Assembly: GCF_009914755.1 (NCBI RefSeq)
Contig: NC_060936.1
Strand: one strand, 5' to 3'
Length of the DNA stretch: 64,000 nucleotides
Source: the human T2T-CHM13v2.0 reference genome, Homo sapiens
Shown here: in pieces, positions 39,066 through 50,650 of the stretch
Layout: each line of letters starts with the position of its first letter
How positions within the stretch are numbered: position 1 is the stretch's first letter
Notes under the pieces: model-generated
What the model was told of the DNA's origin: nothing
Seen by the model: the letters and a program-made list of their open reading frames with translations, nothing else
The model's database searches: none
Program-made: the position numbers and the translations under genes

Positions 39066-39250
39066 GTCAGAGTTTCTCAGCCTCAGCACTGTTGACATGT
39101 TGGGCAAGATTATTGTTTATTGCTGGGGTGGGGGAGTGTCCTGTGCAGGGCTAGATGCCAGCAGCATTTTCCCTGCCCACACAGTTATGACAACCAAAAA
39201 TGTCTCCAGCCATTGCCAAATGTCCCTTGGGTGCACTGAGAACCTCTGGT
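39066..39250. mobile_element. MER20 (hAT-Charlie), internally deleted
   Basis: TTTCTCAGCCTCAGCACTGTTGACAT..CTAGATGCCAG..TGACAACCAAAAATGTCTCCAG.CATTGCCAAATGTCCC. Confidence 0.85.
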
Positions 39251-39299
39251 TTAAATCCTGCCCACTCTGTATAAAGTACTTCCTGCATCAAAATATTGT

Positions 39300-39890
39300 C
39301 TTAAACTTTTTACTAGGAAATAATTTTAGGCTTTCAGAAAAGTTGCAAAAATAGTACAAAGAGTCTTACATACTTTTCACCTAGATTCCTCCAAATTAAC
39401 ATTTACCAGGTTTGTTTATCAGTATTTTTCTTAATAGCTTTGTCTGAATGTTTCTCTCTCTCTCCCCCTCTGTCTGCATATCTATATCTATATCTATATC
39501 TATATCTATCTGTGTGTGTGTCTCTAGGTGCAATTTTTCTGAATTAATTATTAGTAAGTTACACACATTATACCTCTATCATGTGTATTCCTTAAAATAA
39601 GGCAATTCTCTGATATAATCACATTGGTCAAAGTAAAATGGCATTGCTATGGTACTATTATGTATCTGCCTCCTTTATTCGAATGTTTCCAGTTATTCCA
39701 TTACTGTTATTTAAAGCCAAAGAAAACTGATTTTTTCTGTTGGTCCAGCATCTCATGCTGTGCTTCCTTGTAATGTCTCTTTGTGTTTTTTTATCAGAAA
39801 CAATTTCTCAGCCTTTTTTTGTCTTCATAACTCTGACGTGTTTGAAGAGTACAGGCCAGGTTTTTTAGAAGAATGTCCCTCAATTTGATC
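39300..39890 (-). mobile_element. Old L1M 3' end
   Basis: ATAATTTTAGGCTTTCAGAAAAGTTGCAAAAATAGTACA, TTTGAAGAGTACAGGCCAG..AGAATGTCCCTCAATTTG. Confidence 0.7.
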
Positions 39891-39993
39891 CGTGTTGATT
39901 TGGAGGTAATAGCTGCATTCATTTCGAATTGATCTAGCCCTTCCGGACATTGAGTTCTGAATTGGGATGATTGTGTGTTTGGTGCAGTCTTAA

Positions 39994-40338
<345 letters not shown>

Positions 40339-40904
40339 CTCTCTTACTTTTAATGTCCCCATTATTGTGGCTGAAGGGCTCAGAGGCCCTCTGCCTCTGA
40401 GTAGGACACCCTCCTCTCCTTCCCTCCCCTGCAGCTGGGTCTGGGCTGTCCTGTTCTGGCGTGAGTGGTTTCTTCTGGCCCTGCCTCTTTATCTAGTAGA
40501 GTTCTGCCACTGAGTTTTCCCTGGGACAGCCACATGGGCACAGCTGTCTCCCAGGCAGCACTAGGGGAGGAGATCAGGCTCCCAGCTCCCCCAGCATGAC
40601 ACAGAGCTGGCGGGAATTTCAACAGGACTTTCTGAAAGGTGAGGGACAACAGGGGCCCCATGTCACTGTGGAGGCTGGCACTCTTATATATTCATGGGTC
40701 AAACCCACTGTAGTCTCTGAAGTCTGGCACATGCTGTTGTACCTGAGTGTCACAGTCACAGGCTAAATAAGCCCTTTTCTTTTACAACCTTCCCTTCAGT
40801 GAGGGCTGAGGGAAATTCACATCTTCTTGCTTTCCCCTCCTTCCCTTGATTTCCCCAGGACAGCCAGCTCTTCTTGGCTTTTACTGCCCCGGAGAAGATG
40901 CTTA

Positions 40905-41300
40905 GACATACAGGCCTGCATGTGTGCACCGCCCCCCACACAGTCACACATTCACACACGCATGCATGTGCTCACACGCTCATGCTCATTAGCGCACACA
41001 TGCACACTCACATTCACACATGCACCTCCCACACATTCACACACTCATGAACACACATGCACGTTCATTCACATGTGTGCCCACACGTGCACAAATACAT
41101 ATGCTTGCTAACACACACTGTAATGCATACATGCACGCTCATACACACGCATGCACTCACACACATACACCTGCATACTCTCACGTGTTCATTAATGCGC
41201 ATATGCACCTATACACACCCTCTCACATGTTAACATACATGCACACTTATACACACGCACACATGCTCATGTGCGCACACACACACAGACACACATACGT
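40905..41300. repeat. Degenerate (CA)n/(CATG)n alternating purine-pyrimidine tract
   Basis: Directly visible. Confidence 0.9.
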
Positions 41301-42145
41301 GAATGCAGCCTTGTGACTAGCCGTTAGTTTTTAAGAACAAGGGAATCTAAATCCAGATTTAGGAATTTAAAAATGTCCCTAACTCCGTGGGGCACAGTCC
41401 TGTTAGTACATCTATTTGCGTGACTAACCAAAACAGTGAATATCTTCATTAGAGTTAATGGTAACTTTACAGTTTTCTCCAAGAACACGGCGTACCTGGT
41501 TTATAGGGGTGCAGCTGAAAACACATGCAAGCACACACACTCACAACACATTTTGGAGAATATTCTGAAAGAAAGTAGGCCCAAGAGGTGTATTTAACGT
41601 CCCCATCTTCAAAGACAGAAAATTGCTGGTAACTTTTAAATCAGCATTTTCTAATTTGCAGTCTGCCCTATATGATTCTCAATAATTTTTGGCCTATATT
41701 GGTATCATCTGCACTTCCATTTACTTAACAACAGCTTTTCTCTATTTCAAATCTTTTAATCTGAGCTTTGCCCTAAGCAGTCATTTCCATGAAAGTCACT
41801 GTTTTACATACTAATTGCATTTTCCCCAAAACATCAAGCTAAATACATAACTGATAGCATGTTTAAAGGTCCTATGTTTCACCTCAAATTATCTCATATT
41901 TCACATGAGGCAAACCCTGTCCTGAGGCCCTGATGAAGATGGGCAGGCAGATCTGATATCAGCTGCTTTTCTTTCCTTGATGGAACCTCTGGATTGCGTG
42001 CCCTATCCTATAATGTGAAAAAAGGGCTTCCAGAAAAGGTGGAGGAATTACTTTCTGAAATTCTGAAAGGCTGGATCCAAAGGTGCAGAAAGGAACATTA
42101 TTTCCTACCATATAAAACCCAGTAGGGCGTGTGATGCTGGGACAC

Positions 42146-42515
42146 TGTATGAGTCCATTCTCATACTGCCATAAAGAAGTACCTGAGACTGGGTATTTTA
42201 TAAAGGAAAGAGGTTTGGTTGACTCACAGTTCTGCAGGCTTAATAGAAAGCATAACTGGGAGGCCTCAGGAAACTTACAGTCATGGGAAATGGGAAGCAA
42301 GGGACGTCCTACATGGCAGCAGGAGAGAGAGAGAGTGAAGGGGGAAGTGCCACACTTTTAAACTATCAGATCTCATGAGAACTCACTATCATGAGAACAG
42401 CATGGGGAAAGCCGCCCCCATGATCCATTCACCCCCGACCAGGTCCCTCCCTTGACATGTGGAGATTTCAATTCAAGATGAGATTTGGGTGGGGACACAG
42501 AGCTAAACCATATCG
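42146..42515 (-). mobile_element. MSTA MaLR solo LTR
   Basis: Typical MST sequence; perfect 5-bp TSD GACAC (42141-42145 / 42516-42520). Confidence 0.92.
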
Positions 42516-43311
42516 GACACTGAAGATGCGTGACGCACTGTTCCACCGGGAGTTATAGCCCCATTGAATTGTCAAATAGGGTCCCCCCTGGCCAGGTGCT
42601 GAATTATTCCAGACCAGGACATTGCTGGGCTTGGGCCCATCAACCAACATACAAGTCAGCATTTCCCAACTTTAAACATATATGCCCTTTCCAAATAAAC
42701 ATAAAAATCCAGAGATTTTTCTCCACTCCTTCTCTCAGAGGAGAGAACATGATCCCTTAAAGATCCTGTTCTTTATTCTCCAAGCCAAAAGAACAACAAA
42801 TAGATTCACTTTGCCTTCTGTGGCTCATTTAACAACAAAAAAAAAAAGAAATAAGTGATTTCCCAATTTCATAATAGAAATGACTGAATATGCATTTTAA
42901 TGCTAAACCCATTTCAGAATTCTGATGTATACATATCCCACCCCTCCCAGTTGAGAATTGCTGGTCCAAATGGAAGTTTACATCTTTTCCACAATGAAAG
43001 CCACTGAACTGGAGCGTGCTGTAGGTGAGTGCACCATCCTCCTGGTGAGGTGAGGTCCTGCAGCTCTTAGGCCTCTAAAGAGCTGGATGACCCGAGCAGC
43101 ACAGGAATCCCCAAATTCTCGAGGGACATTCTTATGGTCTGAGCCAGCTGCAAGGCGATCCCAGAATTCCCCTGCAAGTACATCCAAGAAGAAATAAATA
43201 TCTATAGAGGTGTTGCAAACCTCCCAGGAGTCATGACACAAATGAAGTCCTTTGAAGTCCAGTTCCCCTCTGGTGTAGGTACCGTTTTCACCCTATAGTG
43301 CAGAGTTTCTG

Positions 43312-43392
43312 TCCCCACACGCTAGATGCCAGCAGCATCCAGCCTCGCTGATGACAACCAAAACATCTCCATACAGTGCCAGGTGCCCTTTT
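43312..43392. mobile_element. MER20 fragment
   Basis: CTAGATGCCAGCAGCA..TGACAACCAAAACATCTCCA..TGCCAGGTGCCC. Confidence 0.65.
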
Positions 43393-44429
43393 CCCCTGGA
43401 TGGGCTGATACTGAGGGGCTGAGCTGCCTGCAGCCCGCACCAACTGTGTGAATGCAGCCGACCTGCTGCGGGAGGAGATGATGCTGGGATTCCCAGAACA
43501 GCAGAAATAGGTGAAAGGGAGAGGAGAGTCTGGGAGGGATTGGGGTCCCTGGTTTAGCTTCCTGTTTTCCCAAGGCTCAGTTGTCCTGCTGTTCCCGTAA
43601 CTCAGGGATATGCCCTGGAGCAATCCCACTCAATACCTGTGCTGGTTGAGTCCTGTGCTGGTTGAGTGCCTGCCTTTCCTTCCTCAGATCCATCCTGTTT
43701 CCCCTGCTCACTTCTGGATTATAGGGAACTGCACCTCCCAGGTTCCCTTGTTTTCTGGCTTCTGGACACATTCTAGTCCTGTCTGAGGCAGTGGCAGAAG
43801 ACAGGAGGGAGATTGAAGTGGGGAAAGCCACAGTGCTTTTCTCCTTTTCTTGCTTTTCTTCCTGGACTGCCTGCAGTGATGGCCAGGGCGTCTCAGGAAC
43901 CCCGGCTGACCGGAGGCAGCTTCTGCGCACTGTGTCCTGGTTTGCACCCTGCCCCACGGGTGGCCTTGGCCCCTGGAAACCCCCTGGGACCCATTGTTCC
44001 TCCTCCCCTAGGGCTGCGGGGTGCCCTCCTGTCGCTGGTATCTAGGTGTCTCACCATCCGTCTCTGCTTCATAACTCTTGCCTCACTACGTAATCAATTC
44101 CTATGTTTAAGCCCTTCTGTTCCAGTAACTACAGCATTTTGTTTTGTTTTGTTTTTCTGGCTGAATTCTGACAAAATATCACTTTTTTCTTATGCACATT
44201 CAAGTTTGCTTTCTGTTTCTTGCAGTCAAAAGAATCGTGGTCAAACAGAATGAAAGGCAAAACTTAGAGGAAAGCCTTGGAAACAAAGCCGGCCTCCCTG
44301 AGATTCCTGCTGTGTACAAGGGAGACAGGCCCACACTTCCCCACCTGAACCTGTTTTTGACAATCCCTGCCCAACTTCCTCACCCAGCAGTTGTAAGAAA
44401 TGGGTTTGTCAATGGTTTTTTCTAACTTG

Positions 44430-44542
44430 TTCCAGTAGAATGTAAGCTCCTCGTGGGCATAGATTTTGTCTCTGTTGCCAGTACTGAAACCCTGGTACCT
44501 AGATGAGTGCTGGGCACACAGCAGGTACTTTGTAAATATCTA
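44430..44542 (+). mobile_element. L2 3' end fragment
   Basis: TAGAATGTAAGCTCCTCGTGGGCA..TTTTGTCT..TACCTAGA..GTGCTGGGCACACAGCAGGTACT. Confidence 0.75.
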
Positions 44543-44779
44543 TTAAGTGTACTTAGTACCTAGGTACCCTAGTACCTAGATGAGGTATTCATAAGTGTCT
44601 GTTAAGTGTACTTAGTACCTAGGTACCTAAGTTCCTAGATGAGGTATTCATAAGTGTCTGTTAAGTGTACTTAGTACCTAGGTACCTAAGTTCCTAGATG
44701 AGGTACTTCATAAGTGTACTTAGTACCTAGGTACCCTAGTACCTAGATGAGGCACTTCATAAGTGTCTGTTAAGTGTAC
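44543..44779. repeat. 59-bp tandem repeat, ~4 copies, each with the palindrome GTACCTAGGTAC
   Basis: Unit starts 44543, 44602, 44661, ~44711; partial fifth start at 44770. Confidence 0.95.
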
Positions 44780-46074
44780 AATAAGAACTGTGGATCATGA
44801 CACAGTGGAATTAACTTGATAGACTGTTGCTGTCAGCAGTTTTCTTTCATAAACAGAATAGCATAGAAATTCTATTCCTAATAGAGCACATTTCACATGG
44901 TAGGTCTGTGTTTTCTGTGTGTTGGTGTAGGTATGTGTGTGTGTGTGTGTATATGCAAGCACGAGCACCAACTTGTGTTGTAAAATGTGATTCTTACAGT
45001 AGACCTTGATTTTCAAAAAATTTGAAAGCCGGACAGCAAGATAATAGTTCAGCTTTTTGTGAACGGTAAGGAGTGTGCAAATCTGAACCTGTAGTGTCTC
45101 CTGGATTGCTGTCAGTGAGGACAGAGGATCCTCTTTAAAAACTGGGTCCAAACTCCCTCTGGTCTCATTTTGCACCTCTCCACAGTATAAACTCTCCTTT
45201 CCAACCATTCCAAATAACTTAATTCCCTAATCTCAGGGGGCCGTTTCATTGCAGAAATTGCTGCTTGTTCACAAACTTAGTAAGGTACTTAAAAAAGATT
45301 TTGTCATGGTTAATAAAAGTCACAGGGTAAATTGGTCTTATTTCTTCTTTTTAGTGCAAAATGTAATCCCTTCACCCTGATTGTTTTGCTTAGTTGTACA
45401 CACCACCCATCGGGAGGCCAGAAAACTTGTATTTATTTCTAGAGCTACCTCCTTACAGAATTTCAAAGAACCTCGGGGCACTTGAGAATTGGTGTCCAGA
45501 CAGGATGAATCATTTCTTCTTCAATCAGGATTTTTTATTTTATTTTATTTTGCTGGGGGATAAAGATAAAGATGATTGAACTTGTTTTATTTAGGGGAAA
45601 AACAGCCTCTCTTTGAACTCTTGATCTCCACTTCTCAGGAGTGGAGCCCATTTGTAAACTCTCAGGTCTCTCATTGCCTTCTTTGTCTCCCAACCTCCTA
45701 AGGTCGAGAGTGATTCTTTATGGCAAAGAGTGAGCATTCTGGAGACTGCACAGCCTCCTCTGAACAAACTGGAGCATATATTTCCCGCATCGTCTCTGTC
45801 ACCTCCCTGGGTTTTATTTTAATTGCCATGCTTTTCAAAAGCACAATTCCTATTAAATTATTCATGGTGGTATAATGTTTATGTGATCAGAGTAATTATT
45901 ATAATTACGCATTGTGAATTTTCATAATTAATGACCTCACTCGGATTTCATTTGGTGCAGAATATTTCCGAAGGGGAATCAGGTGGTTGTGTCTGCTGGG
46001 GGAATCAGAATGGAATAAAATGGTGACCTATCTTGGGTTTTGCAGAGCAGTAGAAACTTCAGTCATTCACTTTG

Positions 46075-46161
46075 GGGACTGGGGATGAGGAGGCATCTTG
46101 AGAAATGGAAGGAATGGGATCTACTTCCAGTTCACTAGAGGCGTCCTGACACCCCTAGCTC
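46075..46161 (+). ncRNA. MIR3612: pre-miR-3612 hairpin; mature AGGAGGCAUCUUGAGAAAUGGA at 46088-46109
   Basis: Sequence recognised as hsa-mir-3612; arms pair (GGGG/CCCC, AGGA.GC/GC.TCCT, TGGAAG/CTTCCA); same strand as host gene. Confidence 0.88.
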
Positions 46162-46507
46162 AGCATCTTCCTCTGTGAACCGCCCATGGGAAGGTGTCCA
46201 AAGGTGTCCTAGTAGAACAAGCCTAGCAGACCAACAGGAGCAAGGAGACCAGACACGCGTCTCACTTTTGGGGCTTTTGAATGAGACTGGGGCTTACCAA
46301 ATCTGCAGAAACCAGCCAACAATGCTCAACAGCAGCAAAACCACACTTCAGTGACTCACACAGCAAGGTGGCCCTAACAGGACTCAGGCTTCAGCTGACT
46401 TCCTCTCCCTCTCTAATTCTGGAAAGAGTAGAAAATGCAAGCCATTGGAGAAATGGCTGGTGGCACTCTGAGCATGGGAAGAAATTTGATATTTTATGAT
46501 TGGCACC

Positions 46508-46867
46508 TGTCTTAGTCTGTTCTAGTTGCTCTAACAAAATACCAGAGACTGGGAAGCATCTAAACAACAGGAATTTGTTTCTTGCAGTTCCAGAGCCCAG
46601 AGATCCAAGATCAGGACACCAGCAGATTCACTATCTGGTGAGAGCCGGCTTCCTGGTTCATAGACAGGGCTTCTCCCTATGTCCTCTCACAGTGGAGGGG
46701 AGAGGAATCTCCCTAGACCCTTTTATAAGGGCCCTAATCCCATTCATGAGGCTCCACCCCCGTGACCTCATCACCTCCCAAAGGTACCACCTCCTAAGAC
46801 CTCCATTCTGAAGAGGAGGATTTCAACACATGAATTTTCAAGGAACAAAGACGTTTAGAACACAGCC
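46508..46867 (-). mobile_element. MLT1A-like MaLR LTR
   Basis: TGTCTTAGTCTGTT..AACAAAATACCAGAGACTGGG..TTTTATAAGGGCCCTAATCCCATTCATGAGG. Confidence 0.88.
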
Positions 46868-47169
46868 ATTTTGTAGTCAGATTTCAAATATTTTAATGCC
46901 TCCATTTTCCTCATCTTTGACTTGTATCTGAGGAACCAATGCTTGGTGTGAGCCCTAAATAAATAAATAATAGATAGATAGATAGGTAGATAGATAAGAA
47001 GTTCAAGCTTCTTTGTCCCCCAGCAAAAAAAAAAAAAATTAAAAAATTGAGAAAGAAATGATTTATCCTGTTTCATCCTGTTTTGTATACAAATAGATGC
47101 CAGTACTCAAGTGCCCCAAGGTTCTTTGAAATTCTGTATGGAGCTAGCTCTAGAAATAAATTTATATTA

Positions 47170-47320
47170 TGTTTGAGACAGGGTCTTGCTCTGTTGCCCA
47201 GGCTGGAGTGCAGTGGCACAATCACAACTCACCGCAGCCTCGAACTCCTGGCCTCAAGCAGTCCTCCTACCTCAGTCTCCCAAAGTTATGGGATTACAAG
47301 TGTGAGTCAACACACCCAGT
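47170..47320 (-). mobile_element. FLAM / Alu monomer, followed by an antisense MIR (~47360-47520)
   Basis: Single monomer GAGACAGGGTCTTGCTCTGTTGCCCAGG..GGATTACAAGTGTGAG. Confidence 0.8.
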
Positions 47321-50300
47321 CCCAAAATAAATATTTGGTATAGCTATAGCTATTCACTAAGACCTTTCATCAGCATCATTCCCTCTCAGCCTCAGACCTA
47401 CTTGAGGGGAAGGCAGTTCCATCCCCATTTTACAGATGAGAAAACTGAGACGTGTAGGGTCACATGGAAAATAAATAATGACCACCTTGAAACTGTGATG
47501 TCCAGGGCGTCCTGTCTGTAACAGCCTGCTACCTTCCACCCCCTCCCCTGGGTATGCTTTCATTCCTTACCCGACTTCTTAGACTTGCCCTCCAATGTTA
47601 CTGATGTGCCTTTTAAGTCCTTCAAAAAAAAAAAAAAAGAAAGAAAAAAGGGTGGGGTACAACCTGAAGAAAGAAGAAAAATAAGAGCCCCACATAAAAT
47701 TCTGCTCAGTGATCAGAGACCAGTCCAGTCATAGATTTCAGTTTTAAGCACCAATTAAAAAAAAAAAACCTTAAAAATTTCTCCTATTTCCTTCTTGATC
47801 CTTGTAGAATATTGTACTTTTCAGACCATATTTAGTTGTACATTCCTCTGTCTTTCTCTCTGCTCTGTCATTTCTTGAAGACATGGGCCTTTCCTTATTA
47901 CCTTCCATATCTTCAGGTTGTAATGGGATATTCAACACATAATAAGCAGTGAAATGCATCTTGCAAGAATGAGTGAACATTGGTTTTCTCTGTACCTCCC
48001 CTTGCCTCCCTTTCTTCCTAGTGTCCAAGTCCCTTTGTCTCTCTTTGTCCCCTATATTTACTGAAGTAGCACCCTTGTTTTGAGAGTATTTGTTGATTTG
48101 AGATGCAAAGCTTTTGGCCTGATGCCTGAACCCAGGAGACAGGACTCAGGGCCTATCCAGCATTGAGACCTGAGTTTCCCAATCATTGGAGGTTCACGTT
48201 TTATAATTAGGATGCTTTGGGCTGCAAGTAATAACAACATGAATACAGTCTGCCTTAAATGGTAAGGAAACATATTATCTTAAAAAGCAACTCCAGAAGT
48301 AGGGCGGTTTCCAGGTTAATTGATGCAGTGGCTTATTGCTCCCCTTAATGATCAAAGTCTTTCTGTCTCTCTAATGACATCCTGGCTTCACCCCAAGACT
48401 GGTTGTTCTCATGGTCACAGGAGAGATGACACTGGTATTTAGGGTACACAGTTTATATGTTTATGGCTAGAAGGAGTGGCCAGCTTTACAGAGGCTTCTC
48501 TCAAAAACAAAGGAGGGCCAGCCCAGCCATTAATTTCCTCTCTGTCTTTCCTCTCTGTCTTTCTGGTCATATTTAGAGCACAGAGCCATTCTGTAGCCAG
48601 TCACTAGAAAGGGAGCTGGATTCGCCTTAAAGGGATAGATAGAACAACACTTGGACCTGAGAATGGAAGTTGTCCTCCGTCAGGTTCATGACTGTGAGTG
48701 TCATGAGGAAGAAGATGGGGCAATAAAGTCAAGAGTAGGCAAGAAATTCATGTTTTCCTTTAAATTGATGCATTTCTTTAATTTAGCAAAACTATTTTTA
48801 AAACATCAGGGTTTGATATACTATAAGTGTTTTCTTCTAACCAGCATTAAAATAAATATATGATAATATAAATAAAAGATATTTATCTCTGTACCATTTT
48901 GGGAATTGCTAGATTTAGACTAGACTTCCCAAACTGCATATTTCACCAAAACACACCCCGTGATCTTTGGACAAAATAAATCCCAGGTTTTTATGGATGT
49001 AGGAAATACAGCTGTAATTCCGTCAAATGGTCTTTTTTTTTTCTTAATTGCAAAGTGCATATGTAAGTTTTCCCCTTTTTAAACTTTCATGATTCAATAG
49101 AAAGCAGCAAGGGTCTGTTTTTAGGGGCTGGACTGGCCATCTTTTCAGTTGGTGCTGGCTTGAAATGAAGAGCAACAAATAGAATAAATAACTGCAGTGA
49201 AGGGGATAATATGGTATTGACTGCTTGGCTCTGGTTAATTTTCTGTGCTGTGAACACCATGCAGAAGTTGGGCTGGACGTGATGGCCTCCTGCCGATAGG
49301 AGGCCAGTGGCTGTGAATATTGTACGTTTGTAAACTCAGAAGGGGTTTAGTGTGCAGCCAGATTCATTTAAAGTCATAAATGGATTATTGGATTACTCCT
49401 TGGTCATGCGTCTAAGTAATTTACGGGTGCTATCATGGCTCCGGGTCTCTAATAAGCTTCGCCCTCCTTGGGATAGTGACTGTCTTGCCTTAACTGATGT
49501 TGAATCTTTCCCACTTAGTCTCTCCTGCTTAGGGTTAACATTTAACCAAGGCCTGCAAAAGCTGGCTTTGAAGGCACTCGACTTGAACTGAGAAGGTCTG
49601 ACTTTAATTCTGACCCTTCACCCCCAAATCTTTTCAGAGAGTGTAGCAGTGTCTCCTGGTGGGCACAGTTCTTTTCCTTTTTCCAGGATTTGGTATCTCT
49701 TCTGAACTTTTTCCTTCTGACACCCACATGATTTTAAGCAAAAACTCTATAATTTTTCAAAAAAAAGTTAAAACCCAATCATTTACCTCCTTAGAGACCC
49801 CAAGCACTGAAAATAAATTATGGGGCCCTGCTCAACCTGTCTACAATTCACAATTAAAATAGTACTTAGCCATAAAGCAAATGGAAGAAAACCCAACAAA
49901 ATATTTGTTTTCTCATGATGATGACTTCAATATCAAATGATTTACAAAAATATTCCCTCCTTCATGTTAGTTTCCCTGTTTTGCTTTTGTTTGGTGTGAC
50001 AGCCTGTGGGGTAATCTCACCCCGCCTTTAGCTATGAATGTAGCTTTAAAGGTTACAAAGCATTTTCCTCTTTTTATCCCATTTTATCTCCTCTCCTTCT
50101 GCCCAGTACAGGTTCAGGATGTTGCCAGAGAGCACCTGTGAGAATGCACATCTAATCATGTTATTCCCTTGCTTAAGACCCCAGTGCGGCTCCCATTGTT
50201 CCAAAAACTAACCCATGACCCTCTGTGGTGGAGCTCCCCAGGCTCTCCAGCCTCAGATTCTCCCGCCCTCTCCTCCCCCGGGCCATGTGCATTGTGTTTT

Positions 50301-50394
50301 GTTGAATGTGTTCCTTCCGAAAGGGCAACTGGTACAGCGCAAAATGTTCTTCCTACAGGGCAATTGTTATGTTGATTTTTTGTCTGTTTATTTG

Positions 50395-50650
50395 TTTTAA
50401 CTTTTTTTTTTAAATAGAGACTCACAGGAAGTTGCATAAAATAGTACAGAGAGCCCCAAGTCCCCTTCACCCAGCTCTCCCTGGTGATTGCATCTCACGT
50501 AACTACGGTACGTACGACTCACAGCCAGGAAACCAGCATCGGCAGGTGCCTGCATAATTCTTTGCCATTGCATCCTGTGGGTAACTGCCTGCAGCCACTG
50601 CTCTGAAGACACTAAACTGTGCCATCAGAGCCTCCCTCCTGCTACCTCTG
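50395..50650 (-). mobile_element. Old L1M 3' end within L2 fragments
   Basis: AGACTCACAGGAAGTTGCATAAAATAGTACAGAGAG..CCCTTCACCCAG. Confidence 0.7.

Noticed and set aside
44543-44779. CRISPR-like appearance of regularly spaced palindromic repeats
   Set aside because: Intervening sequences are repeated rather than unique spacers; no cas genes; primate DNA
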